From Lama guanicoe (taxonomy: Eukaryota): 64,000 nt of DNA. The notes beneath the pieces are model-generated. The model had not been told where the DNA came from, made no database searches, and saw only the letters and a program-made list of their open reading frames with translations. Positions within the stretch are counted from its first letter, which is position 1. Each line of letters starts with the position of its first letter. The position numbers and the translations under genes were made by a program. Location of the stretch: NCBI GenBank assembly GCA_013239625.1, contig MU053995.1, forward strand, positions 372,001 through 436,000, given 5' to 3'. Positions 12,901-27,100 of the stretch are shown here, in pieces.

Positions 12901-15900
12901 AATGTACTCTTTTTAACAAACATAAAAGTCATTTTACAATCTAGAACCAACAATTCAACTACTTGTCTCTAGGTCAATCTAGCTTCCCTATATTCAGTTA
13001 AAATATCTAAGCTGAGATACAAACCTTTAGATAATCCATTTCACTACAAAAAGTAAAATAAATAGCTACTAACAAAAGTTTATGGATGTAAGTGAAATCC
13101 TTACCAATAAGACCCCCGGGTGCAGCGTACTGAAGGTCATTGTGTTCCGCAAAAAGTGACACAATTTTGGAAAAGATTGGTTTACACATTAGTTTTCCTT
13201 CACTATCTTTGGAAACAATACCAGGTCTGACTTCTATCTCCTGGCCCACCTGAAACATGTAAATGAGTAATCAAAAATCAAAATCAAAACATCATTTATG
13301 TCAAGTCCTAACTGGCAGACTGCTAAACACAACACCCACTCAATTAACTAGCAATTACTTATAAGATATGTATGACTTAAACATAAGACACTTACAATAC
13401 AAAATAATAAACAATACTGATTTTTAAAATTAATTTTTAGATTTAATTTTTAGCGTATTTTATTTTCTGGTTAAGAAGAGTTCAAAATCAACTTCACCTT
13501 TAATACACCTTTTAAAATACTACCACCAGCCACACCACCTTTAAGGTCATCAACCTCACAGCCAGGTTTGTTGACATCAAAGGACCTAATAACTGGGAAG
13601 GGGACAAGGAAGAAAAGAAACCATAAAGCTCATCCTATTATTTTAATTATATATTTATCCAAGTTAACTTTTATTCCTTAACAGAAGTAGCCAGTTAAAA
13701 TGTATACCTTAGACTTAGGGAAAAGTATTATTCCAGTACTTACCGTGGTCTTAATTACTGGAAAAATAAAAGTAACTACATCAGTCTTGTGATTATGTTA
13801 AGCTTTAAGTATACACTAGGGATTACAATTTTAACTATTACAAAGAAAAGAAAAAGAAGCCCTATTTTTAAGTGAAGCTATCCATTCTAGGCTGAATTAT
13901 TGCCTCCTTCCCTGCAATTCATACTGAAGTCTAATCCTTGTAGACTTGGTACATCAGAATGTTACTGTATTTGGAAACAGGGCTTTTAAAGAGGTAATTT
14001 ATAAAATGAGGCCACTAAGTGAGCCCTAATCCAATCTGACTGGTGTCCTTATAAAAAAAAGGAAATTTGGACACACAAAAGATACCAGAGGTGCATACAA
14101 ACTGAGGAATATCATCTGAGAAGAAAGTATCATACATACAGTCCCACACAGAGAGGGTGGATTTACTCCACTGGTGCATTTGTGAATCTGTGCCTCTGGG
14201 ACTAACAGACAGTAAGCAGAGTTATGGCCTACGATGGGGACAAGTAAAGGTATTTATAGCAGGCTGGTGTACCATACCATATCGTACGTGGAGGCGGGCT
14301 GGGGTTTGTACTGACCCTGTGGTTTACCATGGATTCACGTGTGTGACTGCATGCTTGCTATGGTGGGTCCAAGCGCCTGATATTGGCAGATCTGCACTGG
14401 TAGTTCCTGGGGCTCAGAACCTGGGGAACACCAGAGCAGATGCAGACATTCCCATAGATAAGGCGGGGACAAAGGCAGCATCAAAAAAGAGTGCTTTATA
14501 AGCCTGCATAACAAGTGACAGACAACACCACAGAGGGCACTTTCCAGTGGACATCTGCAGAGGTATACTCAGTGATTCTCCTTCCCAGCTGAAGCGCTCC
14601 AACCCTGCCTACTACACACCACAGCTTAGAAATGGGTCTAAAAGCCTCTATTCCAGCAACAGGGAAGCTGACCCAGCCCCTGTAAAGGTTGTAACAACCA
14701 CAGAACAAAAACTGGGTCAACAGCAACAATCAGGTCAGGCTCTGAACAACACCAACCACACCCCCAATCAAAGAGATGACACCCAATGCAGAAAGACATA
14801 TCATCCATCCATACTAAGAACAGCCTTCCAACAAAGCTATTAGACATATACAGTCTACAGAGGAACACTCCCACTTTAAATAAAAACAAACAAAAACTAA
14901 AACAGCCCTTCAAGACCACAGTAGATAATGGATACATTTAAATCCATAGAGCCAGAGAAATAAAAGTAAAGTGAAGAAGCAGAGGAACCACTCCCAATTA
15001 AAAGAACAAGAGAAGTCTCATGAAAGAAAGAAAAATGAGATAGACCTTAACAATCTACTTAGATCATGATTTCAAGAAGGGGGTGATAAAAGCACTGAAG
15101 GAAATAAGAGTGACTATGAGTAGAGACAGAGAATACCATAAAAAGGAAATAGAAACTATAAAGAGGAGCCAATTAAAAACAGAAAACTCAATGGCTGGTA
15201 AGAGCCAAGCTAAAGGCAGTCAAAAGCAGACTAAACAATGCAGAGAAAAAAATAAGTGACACAGAAAACAGTATTACAGAAGTCATCCAACAGAACAGTA
15301 AACAGAAAAGCAAATAAAAACTAATGAAAGCAATATAAGGGACCTATGACATAATATAAAGGGTGCCAACCTACACATAATAGGTGTAGCGTCTGAGAAG
15401 GAAAAGAAAGAGAAAAGGTGATTGAAAAGGTACGCATTGGAAGACATGATGACTAAAAACTTCCCAAACCTAAAGAAAGAGACAGATATTCAACTACAGG
15501 AATCCCATAGGGTCCCCAAAAAGAATATCCTAAATAGACCTACAACAGGACATGCTATAATTAAGATGGCCAAGGTTAAAGATAAAGAAATTATTCTAAA
15601 GGCAGCAAGAGAAAACTAAAGAATTGGCTACAAGGGAACCCACATAAGGTTTTCAACTGATTGCTCCGCATAAACACTGCAAGCCAGAAGGGAGTGGCAA
15701 GATATATTCAAAATTCTGAATGAGAAAAAGCTGCAACCTAGGATATTTTATCAAGCAAGGCTATCCTTTAGAATAGAAGAAGAGATAAAGAACTTCACAC
15801 AAAAGAAAAAACTAAAAGAATTCAGCAATACTAAGCTTATGTTAGAAGAAATACTGAACGATCTACTCTAAACAGAAAAGAAGTAGGATGCAATAGAAAG

Positions 15901-18900
15901 AAGAAAACCATAACTGGAAAGTCAATAACTACCATGAGTTGCAAGAGATAAACATGAAGATGTAAAAGAGGTCATCAAAATCATAATGTGGGAGAGGGCA
16001 GCAAGAAAATGTAGGATTTTTTTTTCGTTCTTTTTAGGATGTGTTTGAGCCTATACAATTAATTATCAGTTTAAAGCAAACAGATACAGTAAGGGGTTAA
16101 CATACTTGAAAAATAGGGTAACCACAAATCAAAAGCATACAATAGTTAAAAAATAAGAAATGAAGATAATACAAAAGAAAATTACGAAATCACAAAAAGA
16201 ATAACAAAAAGCAAAAGAGCTAAGATGAAGTATTAAATCAAGTAAAGTTGAAAATGACAATAAACATACATCTATCAATTATTACTATAAATGTCAATGA
16301 ACCAAATGCTGCAATCAAAAGACAGAGTGGGAGACTGGATAATACAATACAAGCCTACAATATGCTGCCTACAAGAGACCCACTTCAGAGTGAAGGATTC
16401 AAAGCGAGAGGATGGAAAAAGATATTTTATGCAAATGAAATGACAAGGCAGGAGGAGCAATACTCGTATCAGACAAAACAAACTTTAAAAAAGACGTCAT
16501 AAAGAAAAGTAAAGGACAGTATATAATGATCAACGAGCAATACAAGACAAGGATACTACAGCAGTTAACATACATGCACCCAATATAGGAGCACCTAAAT
16601 ACATTAAGCAAATACTAACAGACATATAGGGAGAAATTGATGGGAACATAATTATACTAGGAGACTTGAACACTCCATTAACATTCTTGCACAGATCTTC
16701 CAAAAGAAATCATAATGCAACGGAGATACTAAATGACACAATAGAACAGTTGGTCTTGACTGATACTTTTAGGACTTTATAACCCCAAAAAACCATATTA
16801 CACATTTTTTTCAAGTGTACATGGAACATTCTCTAGGACAGACCACATACTCAGGCACAAAAGAAGTCTCAACAAATTTTAAGAGGATAGAAATTACTTC
16901 AAGCATCTTCTCTGACCACAATGCCATGATACTAGAATGATACTAGAAATCAACCACAGAAAAACAAGTGAGGAAATAAATGACATCATGGAGACTAAAC
17001 AACATGCTACTACTTTAAAAAAAAAAAAAGTCAATGATGAAATCAAAGGACTTAAAAAATACCTTGAGACAAATGACAATGAAAACAGAACCACACAAAA
17101 TCTAGGGATACAGCAAAAGCAGTTCTAACAGGGAAGTTCACTATGAAATAGGCCTCTCTCAAAAAACAAGAACAACCTCAAATAACCAACCTAACTTGAC
17201 AACTAGAAGAATTAGAAAAAGAACAAACAAAATCTAAAGTCAGCAGAATAGAAGAAGTAATTAAGATCAGAGAGGAAATAAATAAAATAGAGATAAAAAA
17301 ATAGAAAAAAACAATCAAACTGAGATGGTATTTTGAAAGAGTAAACAAAACTGACAAACCTCTGACCAGGCTCAGCAAGAAGAGAAAAGAGAGAAGACAC
17401 AAACAAAGTAAAAAATGAAAATGGAGAGACACAACCAAAACCACAGAACTACAAAAAAAAAAAATCATAAAAGAATACTATGAACAACTATATGGAAATA
17501 AATTCAACAAGTTAGAAGAAATGGACAAGTTTCTAGAAAAATACAATACAAAAAACTGAATCCAGAAGAAACAGTTCATTTGAACAGACTAATCATGAGA
17601 AATAGAATCAGTAATGAAAAACCTCCCTGTAAACGGAAGTCCAGGACTAGAAGGCTTCACTGCGGAATTCTACCGAACATACAAACAACTCACATTGATC
17701 CTTCACAAATTATTCCAAAAGACTGAAGAGGAGGGAATTCTCCCCAAACTCATTCTATGAAGCCACCATCACTCTGATACCAAAGCCAAAGACACTATCA
17801 AAAAAAAGAAAACAACAGGCCAATATCACTGATGAACACAGATGTAAAAATGCTCAACAAAATATTAGCAAACAGAATCATACAGCACATAAAAAAGATT
17901 GTACACCATGATCAAGTGGGGTTCATCCCAGGGACATAAAGATGGTTCAACATACACAAATCAATCACTGTAATGCATCACATCAACAAAGAAAGGACAA
18001 AAACCACATGATCATCTCAATAGATGTAGAAAATGCTTTTGATAAAATTGAACACCCATTTATGATAAAAATTCACCAAAGTTGGTACAGAGGGAACATA
18101 TTTCAACATAATAAATGCTATATATAACAAACCTACATAAGCACAGTACTCAACAGTGAAAAACTCAAAAGCTTTCCACTAAAATCTGGGACAAGACAGG
18201 GCTGCCCACTGTCACCACTCTTATTCAACACAGTCTTGGAAGTCCTGGCCACAGCAATCAGGCAAGAGAGAGAAATAAAACGGATCCAAGTTGAAAAAGA
18301 AGAGGTAAAACTGTCACTGTATGCCAATGACATGGTACTACATATAGAAAACCCTACAGGCTCCACATAAAAACTCCTAGAGCTAGTAAAAGAATTTGGC
18401 AAGGTAGCAGGATACAATAACATACGGAAATCAGCTGCATTTCTTTACGCTAACAACGAAATTATCAGAAAAGGAAAGTAAAGAAACAATCCCTTTTAAA
18501 ATTGCACCCCAAAATATAAAATACCTAGGAACAAATCTGACCAAGGATATTTGTAAATGGCAGAAGACCTAAACAAGCAATTCTGCAATGAAGACATATG
18601 AATGACCAATAGGCACATGAGAAAAAGCTCAATATCACTAATTATCAGAGAAATACAAATACAATGAGGTATCACCTCACATTAGTCAGAATGGCCACCA
18701 TTCAAAAGTCCACAAACGATAAATTCTGGAGAGGGTGTGGAGAAAAGACAAACTTCCTACACTGTTGGTGGGAATGCAGTTTGGTGTAGACACTGCGGAA
18801 AACAGTATGGAGATTCCTCAAAAGACTGAAAATAAACCTAGCATGTGACCTAAGAATTCTGCTCCTGGGCATATATCCAGAAGGAACCCTACTGCAAAAA

Positions 18901-21900
18901 GACATCTGTACCCCAGTGTTCACAGCAGCACTATTTACAATAGCCAAGACATGGAAACAGCCTAAATGTCCATCAGCAGAGGAATGGAAAAAGAAGTTAT
19001 AGTATGTTTATACAATGGAATACTACTCAAGTATAAAAATAATAGAACAATGCCATTTGCAGCAACATGGATGGACCTGGAGTTTGTCACTCTAAGTGAA
19101 GTAAGCAAGAAAGAGAAAGAGAAATTCCATATAATATGACCTATATGTGGAATCAAAAAACAAAAATGATGAACTTATTTACAAAAGAGAAACAGACTCA
19201 CAGACATAGAAAACAAACTTACGGTCACCAGTGGGGGTAAGGATGTTAAGGGATAAAGTGGGACTTCTAGATTTGCAGATCCTAGCTTATACACATAACA
19301 AAATAACAAGTTTACACTATATAGGCACAGGAAGCTACATTCAGTATCTTGAAATAACTTACAATGAAAAAGTACATGAAAATGAATATATGTATGTTCA
19401 TGTATGACTGAAGCATTATGCTGTACAACAGAAACTGACACAACATTGTATACTGAATATACTTCAATGAAAAAAAGTATTAAGAAAAATAGAACACTGT
19501 CCATAAAACATACAGAAGGCTCCACTGAATTCCCAGAAAGGCTGAAGTCTTCTACAAATTTGTTTTTAAGAACCACAGACTTAAAGAAATTCCATCAATA
19601 TTGATACTGTAAACTTAACATAAAAGGAACATGAAAATCTTCAATAGTACCTTGAAATCATTTGTACAGGAGTTCTAACATCCTGTTCTTGCTTAAAACT
19701 TTATCTTCCCATAAAGAATACTGTTTTACTCAATATTGTAATATACCATATATACAGCAAGAAAGTTAAACTTCCTATTTTGTCATTGCAAATACAATGT
19801 CAGAATCAATGTATTTTAGTAAAATACCTCAATTTTCATTTCACTGCAATGAGTTTAAAATGAATGCTATTCTTGTTTCTCATAAACTCATTCCCTATTT
19901 TAAAATTCAAAAAAGTACATGAAAATTGTAATTTATTATCATCTCTGTGTAAAGATCAATTAATAATAAATACCCTAAAAAGCAAATGAACAATGTGCAA
20001 ATGCTGAGTTAACAGTTAAAGTCCAACAGGTTAAGTCCTTACCAATAAGTCGTGGGTCTGAAGTAAAGTCTCTTAGAGGTACTGGAATTTTCTTTACAAT
20101 ATACTCACAGACAACTTCAATATTGTATTTCAGCTGAGCAGAAATTGGAATAATAGGCGCTCCTTCTGCTACTGTACCTGTAAGACAAAATTCAGAAAGA
20201 TGAAAATTTATCAGTTTTACAGAATGTTTTATAAATAGATTACAGTAGATTACTAAAGTAGATATCCAGACATCTGTTTACAAATGTAAGCAACAAATGG
20301 AAAATTATCATTCTGCTTAAAAAGACCACAACATTTTGTTTGTTTTTCCCTCGATTAAGTATCAAGTAAGATGTTAATCAAACAGATCAAATAAATTTTA
20401 CAAGCATAACTTCTTCCTTTCTTTATTGTTTAATCTAGCCAATAAAGCCAGCCTTTCTAACAAGTAAAAAAGACAACAACATGCATCAAAAATAATATGC
20501 ATCAATCAGGTCTTGCCCAAAATGAAAACATAATGTTTAGATAAAAGGACACTAAATATTAAAGAAATCATTGTCACCTGCATTTCTGGAAACAGATGCT
20601 CAACGAGAAGAGTTAGAATAATTACAAAGCAAATCAACAAGTAAAGACACTCATTCATTTTACTATCACTAGGAAAGAGTTTTTAAAACATACGCTCATT
20701 GTGGCAGCACATATACTAAAACTAGAATAAGATAGAGAATAATAACATGGCCCTAATTACAATGACACGAAAATATGGTGTTCCATATTTTCATTATTAA
20801 AAAAAATTGCTATATTGTTTAAAATTTTGAAAATACAATGTGTTTACATTACAAAAAGAAAGGAAACCCAATTGGTAACATTCATAGACGGTAACTTCTA
20901 CCTAACATGTTAGTATATCAAACTTAGGAACAAATTCGTTGCTTCTATCAGCTGGCTAAAAGCAACAAAGACACAAAGCAGTACAGAGAGAGAGGACTTA
21001 TAACTCATAAATTCACACTGTTTTTGAAAATTACATTAAGATAACTGGATTAAATGCTTCTCAAAGTGAATTACATTAAGATAACTGGATTAAATGCTTC
21101 CCAATATTTACTATTACCACATTCTTACCTTGTACAAATGCAAGGATCTGTTCACACTGTTCCTTAGCCTGACTTTCTTTAACCAAATCAATTTTATTTT
21201 GTAGAATCAAAATATGTTTTAGCTTCATAATTTCAATGGCAGCCAGATGTTCAGAAGTCTGAGGTTGAGGACAGGATTCATTACCAGCTAAATAAATGAT
21301 GATGAATAAAACACAAACAAGATAAGTAGTAAGAATTAGCTGGGTCCTAATAAAGAGACTTCTGGGTGTATTAAAGCAAACTGCTGGATACCATTGCTAA
21401 ATGTCTTTGTGTACCTGTTTTAACTCTATGATAGACTTCTCTGGATATTCCCAGATTTTTAACCACTATTTCTGGCCCTAAGCACAATGCCTAGAATCAA
21501 CCAGTTTGGCTTCTTTCAGAGTCAAGGCTTTTACTCAGGCTTAACACGTATCTCTGTGGTTCTATGTAGTCTTTGGGATATTCTGGTCCAGTACAGCTCT
21601 AGATAACAGTTAAGAAGAAAAGTTGCTTAAAGCAGTCCATGAATTTTAATTATCCAACCTACAAATGTAGACAGCCACAAAAATGGTTCAATGATCCCAA
21701 TATTCTGGCATTACATTCTTATGAAATCCTTTCCTTTAAATGTGGAGCGCATCTAATGATTTACTTGTAACGAAAAGAATATTGTTCTTCTCAATTTAAG
21801 GTTACAAATACTCTGGCTTCTATGTCTCTCTCAAAACAACAGATTTCATGCCATAAAGGAGAGACAGGAAACAAGAAGAGGCTCCTGTGAGGAGAAATCA

Positions 21901-24125
21901 AGATCTGAGTGAAATTTAAAAACCAAACTCTCCAGTCCCAGACAAGTCCTGAGGTAACTGCAGTCCCTGTTGACAGATGACTATAACTTCATGAGACCTT
22001 AGCAAGAGACAAAAAACTCCTTAGCCACACAAACAGCAATTGAATGTTTGTTACTCTAGCTACTGCATTTTGAGGTATGTTGTTACATAGTAATAGTTAA
22101 CAAATATAGCTATTCATTAACAAAATGTAAAAACACTATCTGCCAAAATAACAATGTTTCATAAAGAAGTATGTTTCGTCTATGTCCCCAGTAATCATCT
22201 CCCCCAAGTTATGATGCTGCTGCCTTATACCATACCTACTTGGCATGTTTGTTGAATTGAAAAGTATAGCCTTATACAGTAAAGCATTTTGCCTTGCCTC
22301 AGAAAGTCTAGTCCTTGCCTTAGGCTTCTAGAACCCATTACATATTTAAGATATATTCTTGTATCTTTTATATATAGTATCTTGAAGCCTTCTCATCATC
22401 TTTGATATTAATATCTTTATTCAGGGCAGGAGGTAACTACAGAAAATGTTTAGAGTGAGGCTGTTTCTCTTGATAGTCTTCGAGAGGCTGGCCATGACAG
22501 AAAGACCAACCATGTGGTTTACAGTGGAGGATTGGGGAGATGAGGTCTCTGTTTGGAGACTAAAATCAACCATGTGGGTAATTAATCACTCATACCTATG
22601 AATGGAACCTCAATTAAAAAAAACCCCTGTATACCAAAACTAAGGTAAGCTTCCTTGTTAGCAGAATTTCACATATAAAGTTATAGTTATACCACGACAG
22701 TAATCCCTGCCTTCAAGACAACAATGGACGGTTCATGTTTGGAACTCTCTTGGACTCTGCCTTATATGTCTCTTCCTCTGGCTGACCTTAATTCTATATC
22801 TTTCCCTGTAATAAATTACAACTGTGAGTTTAACATTTTCCCAGTAAGATCTGTAAGTCTTGTAAGTTATGAACCTTAAGGATGATTTAAGGAGCATTCT
22901 GAATTTGCAGTTGCTATCAGAAGCAAAGTGATCTTGTGTGGAAAGACTGCTCTCCAGCTTTACATTTGGCCCTAAAATTCATGTTGTTTCTAAAAACAGA
23001 ATCTCAACAGCTCACAAAAGCAAGCACAATCCTAGCTTTGAAAATTTCCACACAGCTCTTGACTTCAGCATTTCACACAAACGACATGTGGATCTAAAAA
23101 AAGCCCATTATGTCAAAGCTGCAGTGTACAGCACAGAAACATTTGAAAAATACCACCCCCTCAAAACATACTCCTATACAAAAAAATTCTAAGTAAGACA
23201 GTTAGAAAAAATGCACTGTTCTCTTAAAAATAAAATTTCCCCATACCTTTATAAGAATTTTCACAAGATATCAGCCCCAGGTTCACCTTTATTTAGTATT
23301 TCATGATAGCTGGAAAGTGAGCACGTGTATTAACTTGGATGATCTGTTAGTTCTCTTTTACAGTCATTAGAGACCCTAGTTCTCCTTTAGATACTCCATC
23401 CTGGATTGGCTCCATAAAAGTATTATTCAAACCAATTCTGATGTTATTTACCTATTAACAGAAGAGCTGCATCCATCACTGCTGCACCATTCAGCATAGT
23501 AGCCATCAAAATATCATGGCCAGGGCAGTCAACAAAGGAAACATGTCTAATAGTCAAGAAAAAACAACCAACTTTAAGATGAATTAATACTTACCACACA
23601 AGTCAGACTTCCTAAAAGTTAAATGTTGTTGAAAGAAATTGTTGCTGCAAGGGCTAAAAACTTGATGCTTCCAAAATTTTAAAATAAGAATACATAAATG
23701 TTTAAAAAGTATACATTTCTGAATGCAAGGTATTAGGTTTAAAACTAGGCTCTTTGTTTCTTGCCTTTGGGCATTCAATTGAGCCAACAAGAGTTTATAT
23801 ATATAAAAGATACAAAGTATTCTCAAAATTAAACCATAAGAAACTAACCTAGTTAAAACATAGGTCCAAGACCTAAACAGACACCCAACCAAAGATAAAC
23901 AAACAATATGTCCTTAAGTCAGTGAATGAATAAATATGCTGTGATATACATCCAACCAGACAGTGAAATACTATTCAGTGCTAAGAAGAAATGAGCTCAT
24001 TAAAACTTGAAAAGACCTAGAGGAAATTTAAATGCATATTACTAAGCAAAATAAGACAATCTACGAAGGCTAAATACTGTATGCTGCAACAATTTATTAG
24101 CCTGGAAAAGCCAAAACTATGGAGA

Positions 24126-24172
<47 letters not shown>

Positions 24173-27100
24173 GCTGCCAGGAGTTAGAGAGGAAAAGATG
24201 AATACAGGAAATACAGAGGATTTTTAGAGCAAACCACTATCACTGCATAATCATGAACAAATGTCATACAACCTTCTGTAAATTAATACAATGTACAACA
24301 TCAAGAGTGAACCTGAAAGTCAACCATAGACGATGGATGACAGTGATGTGTCAAAGTAGGTTCATCAGTCTTAACAATGTACCACTGTAATAGGGTATGT
24401 TAAAAATAAGAAAGTGCTGACTTTGGCAGCACATATACTAAAAAAANNNNNNNNNNNNNNNNNNNNNNNNNNNNNNNNNNNNNNNNAGCATATAGGGAAA
24501 AAAAAAAAAAGAATACTGACATGCTCAAGAACCTGGACAGAGCTCAAACACATTATACTGAATGGAAAAAGTCAACTTCAAAAGGCAATATATTGTGCTC
24601 AATTTACACATTTAACAAAAAGCTTATAGTAGGATACCACACTAGTGTTTGCCAGGGATTAGGGATAGAAGAGGAGAATGGAGACATTTTTGAGGTGATG
24701 TAGTATTTCTGTAATGGGAAAACAGTGATGTTTATGGAAATCAGCATCGGCACGTGATAAAATAAGACACATGCATACTTGCAGTTCATATCAATTCTGA
24801 GTTCCTTGTTTTGATGTTATACTGTAGTTTGATGTAACTAGCAGGAAAAATGGGTTAAGAGCATATAGGTCCTCTATGTTATCTTTCCAACTTTCTGTGA
24901 CTCTATAATTTCAAAATTAAAACTGAAAAACATAACAGCATGGCTGTTGGAAAATGAAAGATAATATTACACGTAAAAAGATAAATAATTCTAGTTATAG
25001 GATGCTTACAACAAAAAAGTATGGAGCAATGTATTAGCAATGAACAGATTTTGAGTAATGTTAGTAACAAACCACAAATGTGTTATCAGAATGAGAACTT
25101 TCATCTAAAAAAGAAATTTGCTGAAGGATCTCTAGCACCTTGAAAAACTAAGTGAAACTGCCTACCTAATGCAGAGAATCTGGCACTTAAAACACACCCA
25201 GACTCACACACACACTATGCCGTAAGAGCTGTTACTAACACTTTCAAAATCTGAATGTTCATGTCCTCATAATCCAAACTTTCTTAGGGTAATCCTAATA
25301 TCTATATATGTTAGATGATGGATATCAGGGTTTTCTTACGAAGAATCACGACATGCAATGACATTCCAAAGATGGGTGGAGAGAAGCCAAAGTGTTAAAA
25401 ACAGTATCTTTGCTCTTCTCCTAAGAAAAAGAATGTCTTTGCTTCTGTCCTTTGGCCTTCTAAGGAAAAGAAACGAAAGAATCCTGGCGGCAACGCAGGG
25501 AGGGAGGGACACCAAATGTAATGATTTAATTCTGGAACATTAAATCATTTTACATCTGTACATGATTTAGCTGAAATTTAAATAACTGGCCTTTCAATTT
25601 ATCTTTGTATCTTTCACTATTCAATAACACACTCAAAAAAGTTATTACCAACTATTGTAAACTGTAAATCTCTTAGCTAGAAAATGTTCAAGGTTTCTTA
25701 CCCACATTTTGGCAAAAATGTACCCACATCAAACTAAGGTTTCACATCAAAACAGGTTTCACTGTTCAATATTTCAATTACATAGCTCAATAAGCTTAAG
25801 ACAAAACAGTGTGTTTGGCACAAAAAAGATCACCTGACTAGTTTGAAGTTCCCTTTGGTGCCTGGAATGTCTGTGGGAAACTCATCAGGTGTACTACTTC
25901 CACAGGATCTGTAGCATTCTGGCCGAGGACAACTTGCATCATCAAGTTTGTAAATCTAAAGTTTCAAGGAAAAGATTTTGACATTCATATTTATTTGCAT
26001 GTTTGACATTCTCATCCATACATTTGACAATTCAAGGAAAATGGTTTCTTCTTCCACAAAATACTCTGTACCTTGGCATTAGCATATCCAAGCTTGATTG
26101 TAATATTTCTTTCTAGTTCATTTTTGAATCTGACAGTGTGAACTCCAGAAATAGCTTTTACCACAGTAGATTTTCCATGGGCAACATGACCAATTGTTCC
26201 TGCAAAGAACAAAAAGTTTAACTTATTTGCATCCTATTACACCAAACTTTTTAGTACAATTAAAAATACCAAAAGCATAACTCACTGTAAATATTCCAAC
26301 CTACAACCAATAGTAATTTCATTTTTTCCCTCCACATATCCTTTTCAACACAAAACTTTTTCTGAAACATAATCAAAGATAACTTTCCATGTACCTTAAG
26401 ACTTTCAGAAACCATATTTAGTCTAACATAAGCTATTCAACTTATTATTAATCTTAAAAAAGATAAGTTCATTCTAAACATTCATTGAAAAACACACAAA
26501 ATTTTGTACACTATAAGCAACTTTCCAGTACTTTGTTTGAGGTTATAGAATACATATGCATATAGCATACTACAATGTTTTCACGTATCTAAGTCTTTCT
26601 AACCACCCACTCCTTAACACAGGAATGGACAGCATTGTTTTCCAATAAATCGAGAAAATGCTTTGCTCATAAGGGCTCAAATCTATTCCTCACATATCTG
26701 AATCATCCTTTAATTCGGTTAACAGCACAAAAAGATTAAAAATCATCATTGTAGAATAGCCAAATAAAACCTCCAAAGAGATACCACTTTACGCATTTAT
26801 TCTTACCTATATTAATTGTGGCTTGCCTACTAATAACTTCGTGTGAAAGTGGAGTCAACCTGGTTACATCCTGAAATGAAACGTTTTAGTTGAAATCACA
26901 CCAGATACCACAAATCATAACTCTGATTTCACGTTTTTTATCTACAGCTTGTCACCATCTATTCAGCTCTCCACTGTTTTCAAAAAAGTATCTTTCTTGT
27001 AGAAAGTATTCCTGAATCTGAATCTTGAGGATAATTTGTTCCAAAAGCCCTCTATACTTAACAAAAGAGACAACAACGGTTTCCAGTAACTCTATAAGAT

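Larger units (their letters stand above)
23800..24925 (+). mobile_element. Old L1MB/MC-type 3' end fragments containing an A43 run (24127-24169), the U6 fragment and the gap
   Basis: gaaatactattcagtgcta...aaatgcatattactaag...aaaactatggagac...ataatttcaaaattaaaa. Confidence 0.7.

Noticed and set aside
14157..14937. Cluster of overlapping ORFs on both strands
   Set aside because: L1 5' UTR sequence
20692..20791. Functional U6 gene
   Set aside because: Many substitutions and indels, including the ACAGAGA box; A tail; no recognisable upstream promoter
24127..24169. A43 run as the tail of a separate retrocopy
   Set aside because: Sits at an A-rich position inside an old L1 3' end with no attached body or TSD; likely slippage expansion, and the length is unreliable
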